A DNA stretch of 63,933 nt, counting the filler, from Circinaria calcarea (lineage: Eukaryota): the NCBI GenBank assembly GCA_051942165.1. It is 8 parts of 8 records of this genome, joined end to end, with 100 filler letters (N's around TTAATTAATTAA, not from the genome) between each part and the next. Parts side by side here need not be neighbours in the genome. Positions count along the whole stretch, not along the records: positions 8,019 to 15,935 come from JAVECS010001217.1; positions 16,036 to 23,947 come from JAVECS010001218.1; 6 more parts are not named here. One strand, written 5' to 3'. The translations under genes and the position numbers were made by a program. Under the pieces are notes generated by a model. That model worked only from the letters and a program-made list of their open reading frames with translations, was not told the origin of the DNA and made no database searches. Within the stretch, counting starts at the first letter, position 1, and each line of letters opens with the position of its first letter. This document shows positions 11,738 through 22,851 of this stretch, in pieces.

Positions 11738-14700
11738 ATGTCTTCCGCTATGAGTGAGGTCTCGCCATTCAGCACGGCTTCATCAGTGGAAGCCACACCA
11801 AATACTTCAAATACCACGAGCTCTGCTCCAAACAACGATGCCAGTCCTGTTGACACTCTCGAACGCGGGGAAGAGTCTACGACGGTTGAGTCAGGCCACG
11901 GAGCCAGTAACATGAAGTTACCGGAGGACACACCTAAGATATTGTATCGTGTCGAGTATAAAACCCTAAATGGCGAGACTGTCCTTATTCGAGAAGGCAA
12001 GGATCCTGCCGGGCTGCTGCCGCCTAAGCCGGATAAGTCTCCAGTTTTCGAGATTTTGACCACAGTGTATGCCAATACTGCAGAGAAAAAGGGGTCCGCT
12101 ACCGAATCAGAAAAGTCCGACGCAGACAGTAAAGAGGGTAAAAAGAGAAAGACGCTGCCCGAAGGCTTTAAAAACAGCACTCAAAGCAAATCTCAGCTTC
12201 TGACTATTCGTTCTGAGAAGCTACTTAATGCTTTGAGGGCTAGTGTCGCGTACTTTCCCGGTGTCGACCTGGATGCAGGTTTCTCTTTATACGAACCGTA
12301 CCAATTTCTTACCCTGCATAGAGCAGCGCTACAGGCCTATAAATTGAAACATCCGGCATGGCATAGCGAGGCATACCGGAAAGAGTGCAACGAGGACATT
12401 GATACCCTAACTGACTTTCTTGACACCAAATATGGGGAAACAGTCCGGGACGAAGAGAGAAGATGGAGTAGATCAACGCCAGTATGTACATTTAAGAATC
12501 TCTGGTTACTTTTAAAACCGGGTGAGACTTGCTATTACAGGGGTGAGACTGGAAGACTTGAACCGCAGATCACGAAGCAGCTATATAGACATGGAAAAGG
12601 ACGTTCACCATACACAGTATCCGCATGGGACATTGACTTTGATGGAGAGGATATTGGGGCACAGGAGTCCACTCTCTATATTCACCCTTTTGATGGTGAA
12701 AAGGAGATTGCCTCGCTTGATTATTTCCCCACAGACTTCTACATAGAGCTTCCCGAAGACAAAGATAACCATGAGGGCCTGATGAAAGAAAGACTAATCG
12801 CTAGGGGAAAGAAATTTTGGGATCTGGCCAAGAAAATCTCACATATGGAATACGATGGGAAGGCCCTAACGTATCCACATAAAGCAGTATGTATGACCCA
12901 TGCAGGTCGATTGCGGTCGATCCGTTCACTAACAGTATCATATAGATCAAAGGACGGATCGTAGTTGATCCTGTATCTTACTTTGCCAGTATTATTAACA
13001 AAGAGCCTGATAACGACATCTTGAAGCGACCTAAAATCGACGAGCCATCTGATACAGATACTACAGGATGCGAATGCGAAGAGTGCAGTAAACGCTCGGA
13101 AATACGACCTGGTAAATTCCATGGCTACCAATTCCCTATTTTGGGAAGAGAAAAACCACCAAATGAGCGAGAGTTCTTCTTTCTATGTACGCATACAATA
13201 TTCGCATTCGATCTCAAGGAGAGGTGCTGGGGTAAGTTCGCTCATGGCGATAGCTGCAGTTTGAAGCAGAGGACTGATATACTGCACCTATAGAGGCCCT
13301 AGATGTTGAGTTTGTAAAAGATTTCAGTCCTTTGCCAAACGTCTTTGACAACCTGGTTCTAGAAGAGAGGATAAAGGGGACAGTCGAGGCCTTGTCTCGA
13401 ACCTTTACGCGCTCTAAGTCGGGAGCCGTTTCTCCTGCTGCTGACTTCATCGAAGGAAAAGGAGAAGGACGAATCTTTCTTTTGCATGGTCCTCCTGGAG
13501 TGGGGAAAACTGCCACCGGTGAGGCTGTTGCAGAGATGACAGAGCGCCCTTTGCTGGCATTGACATGTGGCGACCTTGGGACCACCTCTTTGGAGGTGGA
13601 GAAAGCTCTCGAGAATTATTTCAGGCTTGCAGAATCTTGGGGTGCTGTAATTCTTCTTGATGAAGCGGACGTGTACCTTGAGAAGAGAAATCTGACAGAT
13701 GTGAAACGCAATAGTCTGGTGTCAGGTAAGCTGTACTTTCAGTCGAGTATCGAGGAAGCGGCTACTACCTCCTCTGCTTTATAACAAATGGGGACGTAAC
13801 TACCTACATTCCTACACTGCTTCACAATGACAGACAACGAAGACCCACGCATCCATAAGTCAACATGAGAAATACCAAGGCAGACTTTCTCGATGATGTG
13901 CAGCCTTAACCTCTGCATTACAATAATAAGCTCAAACTTTGTGCAACTGCTCCAAAATTATAGCTGATTTTCTGGCCATAGTGTTTCTCCGAGCCCTAGA
14001 GTACTACCGCGGTCTTCTCTTCCTCACCACCAATCGTGTTCTCCAATTTGATGAGGCTTTCGTTTCCCGAATTCATGTTGCCCTATACTACAAGCCACTT
14101 CGGAAGGCTGATCGGATAGCTATCTGGGAAAATAACATTAAGAGATTAAAAAAGCAAGATATCTTGGTGACTAGAGAAGCTCGAGAATATGTTTGTAGTA
14201 GCTCGAAGGTTCTAGACTTGAAATGGAATGGACGCGAAATAAGGAATGGTGAGGGCTATCTGTGCTAGTTGGGATGATGTTCTGACAAACTGGTGACAGC
14301 TCTTCAGACCGCTGTATCTTTGGCGAAATTCAAAGCCAGAAGTCTACGAGATGGCCGCATCAGGGTCGAGAGAGAGGACTTCGAGGAAGTCGCCGTACTC
14401 TCGGCTCACTTCCAAGAGTATATGGCGAGCACGCATAGAGGGAAAGATGCTTCGCAATTGGCAAAGCGCGAAGGCCTGAGGAATGATTCGTTCCGTGAAT
14501 CACCCAAGAAGACCAGGAATGATGACGATAGAGACGTGGAGGAGTCATTGACTAAACGTAGGGCAAAGGGTCGCAAAGTGGTCCATGATGACGACGAAGA
14601 AGAGCAAGAGGAACGACATGAAAAATCGAAAAAGAAGTCCAGCAGGAGGAAGAACCCTTTAAGTTCCGAAGAGGATGAGGAAGCCCAGCAGTCAAAGGAG

Positions 14701-15018
14701 AAACTCAGCAAGTCCAGAAAACCACGTACTCCCACATCCCTATCCGAGGGAGAAGAATCAAGGAAGAAGCGCATCAAGGCAATGAAGCGCTCTTTCTCGC
14801 AAGAGAACGAAGAAGAAGAAGAAAAGCAACATAGTAAGAAGTCCGGTAAGTCTAAGAAGGCCACTTCCGGATTCTCGTCATCAGAGGAGAAGAAGATGGT
14901 AAAGAGAGGGAACAAGAAAAAGCAAGCCGAGAGTGATGAAGAAGAGGAGGAAGAGAGGCCGAAGACCAGATCGAGCAGGTCGAGGAAACATGTCACTTCC
15001 GAGGAAGAGGAGGATTAA
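11738..15018 (+). CDS. Fungal AAA+ ATPase (DUF7025-type N-terminus) with K/E/S/R-rich tail; 4 introns
   Basis: DFIEGKGEGRIFLLHGPPGVGKT (Walker A), ILLDEAD (Walker B), RNSLVS/VFLRALEYY, LTTNR, FDEAFVSRIH, WNGREIRN. Introns at about 12887, 13232, 13726-13981 and 14249. Start codon uncertain. Confidence 0.9.
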
Positions 15019-15935
15019 GCAATGCGGGCTTCGAATGGGGCTTTCAAGTAAGAATCTTCAAGCAAGACAAGAAGGTAGAAGGAGAGGTCTAACGTTGGCA
15101 GGACTAGGTTAGATCACTCAGATTTAGTACTGCGATCCTATAGACGTACGATTTTCCAGGAAAACAGTCATACCCCCGTGCTTGGTTTTCAAGTCTTTGT
15201 CCTGCTCCTACTTTTATACCTGAATCTCTTCTTCTATTATCCTTACTGTCCCTTTCATTGTCCCATTTTTCCCCTTTGGGAAAGGTGCTGTTGTCCCTTC
15301 TGTCCTCAATACCCGCTTATTCTCTGTTCCATTCAGACTATCACCCCAACCCAACAGGTGGGGCCATCTGGAGTGCCATGTAACATCCAATATCCGAGAA
15401 ACTTGTTTGACGTAATCATCGCACAATCCGCCCCCAGTCCCTTACCCTAGTTTCCCCCTTCCCGCCAGGTCACCCTTTCCATGCATCCGTATACGCCTTA
15501 TTCTCACATGACCCCTTATTGATCCCATCGGTCACAAACCTGGCAAAGCATCGACGCCATGCTGATATTCCCCCCTCCCTGTTTTTCCTATCATGCTGCA
15601 ATGGCCCTGACTCTCCAGATTCTTAGCGCATTGCTGGCAGTTCTTCGTGCACTCTGCCTCTGTGTTCGCCGTGGCTTTCTTACAGTTGGTGGGGCAGGAG
15701 TGCCAGTGTGCACTATGGTCCTAGCTAACGAATCGGACGCTCCAGCGGTAGTCGTCCGAGGTGATTCCTTGGTAGGACAGTTTTTTTTTCTTTTACCGTG
15801 ATTCGGACTTGGAAGGGGGTGCTTTGGGTGCAGGTTTAGCTTTCTGGTGTTTGCGTGGGTGAAGAGGGGGGGTTTGGGTGAGGAAGCGGGTATGGCGGTG
15901 GTGTAGGGGGGATTCAAGAGAGGTCGAAGGAGGGT

Positions 15936-16035
15936 NNNNNNNNNNNNNNNNNNNNNNNNNNNNNNNNNNNNNNNNNNNNTTAATTAATTAANNNNNNNNN
16001 NNNNNNNNNNNNNNNNNNNNNNNNNNNNNNNNNNN
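15936..16035. other. Artificial contig linker
   Basis: N44-TTAATTAATTAA-N44. Confidence 0.98.
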
Positions 16036-16088
16036 TCTCGGTGGTATAAATTTTTTCGGCCCGCGGTTTTTCCCGACCCGGTTTAGCG

Positions 16089-16195
16089 TATATTATAATA
16101 AATACGTTATAATAAAATATATTATTATTATTATATTAAATTTTATTAAATATTATAATTATAATTATAATAATTAATTATTAAAAATATTATCA
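16089..16195. repeat. Extremely AT-rich, TpA-rich tract (RIP-decayed sequence) at the captain 3' end
   Basis: About 100 bp almost entirely A/T with dense TA dinucleotides. Confidence 0.6.
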
Positions 16196-18814
16196 GAAGC
16201 ACAATGAACGAAGAGGTCTGTTCCGCATTCTTCTTGTTGCCATTTTTTCTTGCCGCGGTCCATATCTAGGCAGTGCACGTCCTTTAGATGGTAGGTGAAT
16301 AACCTGGCATTACTGAAATATAGTTCACACAAAGGATGAGGGCATATAGACGGCCAACGAGATGCTGTTATATGTGATTCGAGGTGGCTCCGTAGTTTTT
16401 CTTCCCTGGTCCATGAGCTCCATCTCGATGAGGCAGGAAGATTGTCGTTACCAAGACAAACAGGGCAAAGCCCGGGACGGACGTGTATTACAGTATCTAA
16501 GAGAGGCACATCGCTTGGAGGCGATCGATTCCAAATGCAATAAACAGTGTTCGTTCCATTTCTCTTCGACAAACCAATCAAAGCAAATGAAGCAATAGTT
16601 CAGTTCAGACGGCTGTCGCGCAATTGCACATGCCAGTTCGTTATGACGACAACTGTGAATATATATATATCGTTGAACTTTCCTGAGGCTACAAAAAGTT
16701 AATATTATAATAGATACGGGAGATAAACTAGCATTTACCTTGCCATAGTTGTGCCACAGCCCTTCACTGGACAGATTCCATCGATACGCTCCTCTCCAGG
16801 TCGATATAAAACTGAGCAGTCCCGCGTTATCAGAGAATATAGATCCGAGATAACTTGTTTTCGTTCTTCATGAGATGCTGTTGCGGCCAAAATCATCGTT
16901 TTTATGAGGCGGCCACGCTCTGGCATTATCCGTGACAAGACTTCGAGAAGATCTGTCTTTATATTGTCGTCAGGCCGTTCCTTCCCGCGAGTTGTAATCT
17001 TCCAGTCCCTTCGTTTCTGAACCCACTCAAGTTTATGCTTCTGCAAGCGCTTTGCAGTTATGCTTCTGCGATATGAGGACGCTTTCCTTCTTCCAGCTTG
17101 AATATCTGAAGGGAGAGCCTGGTTGCTTTTGAGTAGACGGATTTGGTCCATCAATTCCATTAGATATGAATCCTGCTCGATCGCATCTGCCTGTTCCGCT
17201 GGTAGGCAGCTGGGAAGGCCCTTTTCGCGGAATTTTGCGAATGACTGAAAGAAGTCATCGTGATCGTGCATAGCTGGCTCACCGAGGAAGGCGTCTCTCC
17301 CACTGACAGACGAGGTGTTCGCCACATAGCTCTGACCGTATACCCACGTATCGGTCTGCGTTTTATGTTGGGATCGCTCGACCTCGGTGTACCTTTCTAT
17401 ATCGTTTGTCTGTAAGCTAGAGTGTATTTTGAGTTCTAAATCTGTGATAACTAACCATTGATCTTTTTTCCGATAAAGCGGCGTATAGCGTGAATCGTGG
17501 CATTGCCAAAGTACCCTGAAAGATTCAGTACAGATTTGATGATCCGGTCAAATGTTCTTTTGGGCAATGGCTCCTCAGAAACACCGTATATCATAGTAGC
17601 ATTTCGAAGGATTGGAAGATGTTTTGCAGAATCGGTCCAACGAAGAGTCAATTCATCTTCATTGGGGGGAATCTGTAGTTGCCATAGCTCTTCGGGTGAG
17701 CTGATACCCCAAAAAGCCTTGTCCGCAAAGGGTAGGGCGAGTAGATACTGGGTATCGTCATAGAGGAGTTTACTATGTTGACTGGTGGAGGCACCGTAGC
17801 TTCGAAGGAAGGGCCATTGTCAATATGGCTTGAGTTGTCGGAGACGAAGCAATACTTACACAGTGTTCTCTAGATCCCGATTGTTTTTCACCCAACGCTG
17901 ATCGATCCGATATATTATCTTCCATCCACCGCCAGAGTTTTGTAGCAGGACAACCTCGACATCCTGAAATCTGGTAAGTGACAGGCTTTCTCCGATAATG
18001 GCTTAGAAACTCACCCGGTACCGGAGTCCTCCTCGAGCCTTATTATCTTTATCCGGAAAGGAAGCGCCCATCCTTGCCCCAGTCCAGCAGAAGACGGCAA
18101 TGGCGAAGGGGATCTGAGCTTTGTTGCGTGGATGCACGAACTAGGTATCATCTGTGGTCCAGAAAGTAATGTTGAACTGAGTCGGCTCGTTTTTACCGAA
18201 CAGTTGCTTCGGCTTTCTCTTGTTGGCAACCAGCCCATCCTTAACCAACATATTTCTTGTCCACTAATGGAGCTTTGATTAGATGCCAGGATGACATAGT
18301 GTAGTTGTCTGGCAGGCTACTTACATCGTAGACCGCTTTTCTATCGTCCTCATCAACAGTGTTGCCCGTGACTCGCGCCCATCCAGCAAAGAGCCATTCT
18401 GCAAAGGTATTGACCGAGTCAGCAGTTATCCGACCTTCTTCGTCAATTCTGCCTTGACTGATGGCGATGTGAAAGCGAAGGAAGTCCTTAATTGTGGCGA
18501 GATTGGGAGGAGGTGAGTTATTTTGAAGTCTCGGCACCTCAGCCGCAGCATCTTCACTCTCATTTATTGGACTTCGTTCTTGTTTCCCAATAGCTTCCAC
18601 CCATCTGTTCATGTTAACGGAGGAACGCCTGAGTAGAGTCAATCGGCATTTACTTTTTATACCGGCCTAAAGCCTAGTTCTGATCGTTGAGGGTCTTTTT
18701 CACGTATTTTGTGATGTCTCTTGCGCTATTTATCTCTCGATGAGCTCCTTATTCATAACCTTTGGCTTTGGCCCGAGCCAGCAATTCTTCCGCTGATGTT
18801 TCCTTTCGACCCAT
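16174..18814 (-). pseudogene. DUF3435-type tyrosine recombinase (Starship captain-like) with C-terminal Cys/His fingers; disrupted
   Basis: Spliced reading MGRKETSAEELLARA.., PNLATIKDFLRF, CWTGAR (catalytic R), RWVKNNRD, HAIRR (HxxR), RSQH..YGQSY (H, Y), CPVKGC, YCFICFDW, CPVCLG, CPHPLC..HLKDVH. In-frame stops at 18749-51, 18674-76 and 18141-43, and a frameshift near 16484. Confidence 0.82.
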
Positions 18815-19535
18815 GATGATGGGATGCTATTAAGACATGATGAGACTTTGAAAACCAGTATATGTATATAGAAAAGAGGTCTTAGCAAGGAAGACAGATA
18901 TGGCGGCTGTAGTCCACCTGTACTGGGAGCCAAAAATGGCGGCGCCGGCTCCTCTTTATGCTCATGTCGAATGCCTCTAGTTGTAATAGCGGGTGCTAAA
19001 GCGCAGCGAGAGAACGAGAAGGGCGAGAGCCAGTTTTGGAGCTTACGCTGGTTTGGGCTCCTTGACAATGAGATTGAGGGGATTGATAGGATGGATGAGC
19101 AAGTGAGCGTGGGGCTTTTCCGTGCTCACCCGTGCAGGGTGCTGGATCACCCACCGTCACCCCAGCTCACCCGCTAAAGCAGCCACACCCGGGTGAGCTA
19201 CGATTGAGTACGGGGTAGTTTTGTGTCCTCTTTTGCCGCCAAGAGAAAGTCCCAGTCACGTGATTACCTTCCGGCTTCGTGAAATTCTCGATATTCCGGG
19301 ATATTTTTTTTCTTTCTTAATAGCTTTAATTTTCATCAGTGTTCTCAATACCCCACCCCAGGCCTCTGGGTGGGGGGGTTACCCCAAGCAAGCCTCTGGG
19401 GTGAACCCGGATACCCCGGGGTGCGTCACGTGACACTGTAAGGCTTAAAGTGGCGAATCGCTGTATTAGGCATCGCGTAGGGCTAGATAGTCACGTGCAA
19501 TAGTATATATAGCTGTTTACCGAATTTTTATATCA

Positions 19536-19648
19536 TCCACGGTGGCGCAGTAGTTATGAAATGACGAATAAACCCTGAAAAGAACGATTGAACCTTAGCT
19601 TGTTAACCTCCAAGTGGAAGGACCTCGGTTCAACCCTTGGGTTGGTCA
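19536..19648 (+). other. Degenerate tRNA-like segment (Pol III A- and B-box-like) inside the hAT element
   Basis: GGTGGCGCAGTAGTT (A-box-like), then GTGGA-AGGAC-CTCGG-TTCAACC-CTTGG-GTTGGTCA resembling a tRNA 3' half. Stems pair poorly. Confidence 0.3.
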
Positions 19649-19726
19649 ATATAACTTCGATATGTGATAAAAATACACCCTAATCATAACCAATAAGCCA
19701 ATTTTTTTGCTTATTGGCATGCCAGT

Positions 19727-19968
19727 AGAGCACGCAGTGAGCACGCAGGAAAGCATTCAATAAGGCACGCAGTAAGGCGCGCAGTAAGGCACGCAGCAAA
19801 GTGCGTGGTAAAACGCGTAATAGCACGCGTAGTAGAACGCGTAGTAAAACGTGCAGCAAAGCGTGCATATGGCAAGTATATAAGGCTGGGGAATAGGCGT
19901 GGGAGTAGGCTGGGGAGTAGACTGAGGAATAGGCGTGGAAATAGGCGTGGGAGTAGGCTGGGGAATAG
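19727..19968. repeat. Two adjacent 12-bp-period minisatellites within the hAT element
   Basis: About 11 copies of GCACGCAGTAAG-like units (19727-19868), then about 7 copies of GGCTGGGGAATA/GGCGTGGGAGTA units (19884-19968). Confidence 0.85.
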
Positions 19969-20217
19969 ACGAATTCCCCGGCATTTCGAATTAAAACAGG
20001 TGGCTATGAAAAGGTGTATGGCGAACGCCGGCGGCGATATCTAACCTGAATAGGCAATTTTCAACGTTAGTAATAAGCCATAAAAGAAAGATCGTGGATT
20101 TGAAAATAAAATTTAGGGAATTTGTCGTCCTCCACACCAAAATTAAGTATGAGTTTCGACATTTCTCCTATTTCAAGCCTAATCTTAGCTTCTTACTCTC
20201 TCGATCAGGTAGCTATG

Positions 20218-22532
20218 TTAAAACAGCTCAGCTCGATACCATGCCCGAAGGCATTCGCATGCTTCAATGATGTCGTCCTTCAAGCGGTTTCTGCTGTCCG
20301 TGAGAAGAAGTTTCGTACTGCTGAAAACACGCTCGCATTCCGCTGACATAGCCGGAATAGTGAGCATGTTGTATGCCATTTTAGCAAGATCAGGACGAAC
20401 TGCCTCCTGCGATTGCCACCATTCCAGCAAATTGTTGATGCGGCCGGCATGTAATGGCTCCTGGCAATACGCTTCGTAAAAGTCTTTACGTGCAACAGAC
20501 CCATCGGTATTGTCGGTTCGTACAGCTGTAAAATGGTCAAAGTAATCTTCCTCATATGTGACAATTTCTTTACCAAGTAATATATCCTCGGCAATGGCCT
20601 GTGCAACACCTTCATATTCCGATTGCCACATCTTTTTAACAGCTATTTTAGCTGCTGCAGTCCAGCTCCTTTCATCGACAGCATTCGAAATCCCTATCCA
20701 TTTCTTTTCCAGCCATATCCACTTCATTGACGGATTCATGACAAGGGCTGCGTAGTACGCGGCTGAATCATCGATCTTCTTGTAATATTCGTCCAGCTTA
20801 AACCATGCATTCAAAATGCATTCCTTCATGCGTTGATTATCGGGACTGCTGTAGATATCCGAGTTAGTTAACGCCTCGTATTCTTCTTTCTTATTCTTCA
20901 TATGCTCAGTAAGCATAATAAGCGCCGGTAACACCTCCCATAGTGTACCTCTATGGCCGTTGCTCGCATGACCTTCCAGGCGTGTCGTAAGCTTGGCGAA
21001 TGGCTCTAGTATGGCAGCAATCTCCTGCAAAACCTTCCAGTCATTGTCCGTGAGCATGTCCTTTTCTAAACGAGCCTCTTCTCGCTCCGCTGTGTTTTTC
21101 TTCTTCGATCCATGCAGCTGAGTTCTGTTTCGTACCACATATAAATCGATGCGGTCTCGGAGCTTTAAGGCACGCTGAACCTTGGTATATGTTGAATTCC
21201 ACCGGGTATCATTGTCAGCGGTAACCATGAGATGATCGAAATCATCACCAGGGGCGTCTTGTAGGTTGACGAGGTTTGCAAATTCTTCCCTTCTTTGCGG
21301 CGTTCGACGTATAAATACGATGATATTATGCAGCTTTCCAATAGACCCATGCCTCCGCCAGAGTTGTAGCGCCTTCACTTCATCTTCTTTTATTTCGTTG
21401 ATTGCAATGTTAGCATCAATGGCGTCCGCTTCAGTACCGAATAGGAACGCTTTTGCGGCGAGATTAACAATATGCCCGAAGCAACGAAGCCTTCGATCTT
21501 TCGGCTTAAGATCTGAGCGTAGCTGCTGCAATACCTCAGTAATGCACGTGTCGTTAGACGTAGCATTGTCCAAAACAAAGTAGCCAAGCTTAGCAGTCAA
21601 AGCAAAATCTTCAATAACTGAAACGACTAATGCAGCCATGTTCTCGCCTGAATGAGAGCCCCGCAAGCGTCGTAATGCAATGATATGAACACGATTCTTT
21701 CCATGCTGGTTAAGATAATGCGCCACGACGCCTAACATAGCTAATGCATTGGGCGAAGTCCAAAGATCAAACGAAAGATGTACGTTACTTTTGCTCCGCT
21801 CCAATTCCAGCTTGACTTGCTCTCTCCTGTATGTAAACTCCGCCATAATCCAACCTCTTATGGTATTGCCCGACCTAGGAAGCAGAGGAGCTATAGAGCT
21901 GCAGCAGTAGTATAGCAAATCGTAGAAGTATGTGCTTTCCACCTGGCTGAACGATATATGCATGCATACGAACCAACGTATAAGAAGGCGTTTGAACTCA
22001 TCAAAGTCCACCTTCATAACGAGATTTGCAACAGCCTTTTGCCCAGTTCTCAATAGACCATCACGTAATCGATCCGCCACAGTCGCCGGAGGTTGCTTAG
22101 GTCCGCCTTGATCGATGTAATGTTCAGTATCGAGGTGTTTCGTGGCTTTGTCAGTGGTGTGAGAGGTAAATAGCTTATGTTTCTTCTTCTTCGCGCCTAG
22201 AAAAGGTTATTCTATAGGTAATTACATAGGCAAAACGACTTACAGGTGTCACAGCTCCAGAAAGACTTAGTAGTTGAAACCTCCACTAATTCCGTACCAT
22301 ACTGCCATATCCAGGAGTGCTTTGGATGACGTTTGGCTAATGCAGAAGCTCTGATATACTCCTTATTATTGATTGTGATACGCGTGTCGTCGGGTGAAGC
22401 ATCTGGTGCAGCTCGTGTAGTGCGTGTAAAGCCGAAGCTAGATAGGCCAGATGGAGTTGTAGGAGTCCTTCTAGTAATTTCAGTGAGGTCAGAACCGGAA
22501 TCACTATACAAATCATCATCAAGTTTATTCAT
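20218..22532 (-). CDS. hAT transposase with BED zinc finger and C-terminal dimerization domain; one intron (about 22198-22242)
   Basis: SWIW..WSCDTC/AK..KHL..EH (BED), LSFDLWTS (D), VLDNATSND (D), RCFGHIVNL, DTRWNST, AKMAYNMLTIPAMSAECERVFS (E). No stops in the reconstructed frame. Confidence 0.93.
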
Positions 22533-22851
22533 TTTAACTGCTGAACACACTGTGAAATATATATTAAAAATTTTAAATTTTTTATTAATTTTTCCGGCAG
22601 GCGGAGCTATATTCTACCTAAAGTATTTATTCTAACCTAATATGGCTAAAGTCAACCTTAATTTTAAGCCGCTAAGAAAAATTCAGCCCTATAATTTAAC
22701 CGAGGGCAGCCTGGGCTTGGGGTACCCCAAGGGTACCCATTTCGACCCTCTGGGGTGGGGGGGGTACCCTATTTTTAAGCCCGGGGTAGGGTAGGGTAGC
22801 ACCTACCCCACCCCACCCCGGGGTAAGTGGGGTGGGGTATTGAGAACACTG

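Larger units (their letters stand above)
19337..22851 (-). mobile_element. hAT-superfamily (Restless-like) DNA transposon, 3515 bp
   Basis: Perfect 24-bp TIRs CAGTGTTCTCAATACCCCACCCCA at 19337-19360 and 22828-22851, GC-rich subterminal repeats, internal transposase. Confidence 0.93.

Noticed and set aside
15559..15935. ORFs at the end of contig 2
   Set aside because: Short, low-complexity and truncated; cannot be supported as a gene.
19727..19968. CRISPR-like array
   Set aside because: Contiguous 12-bp units with no unique spacers, eukaryotic context, no cas genes.
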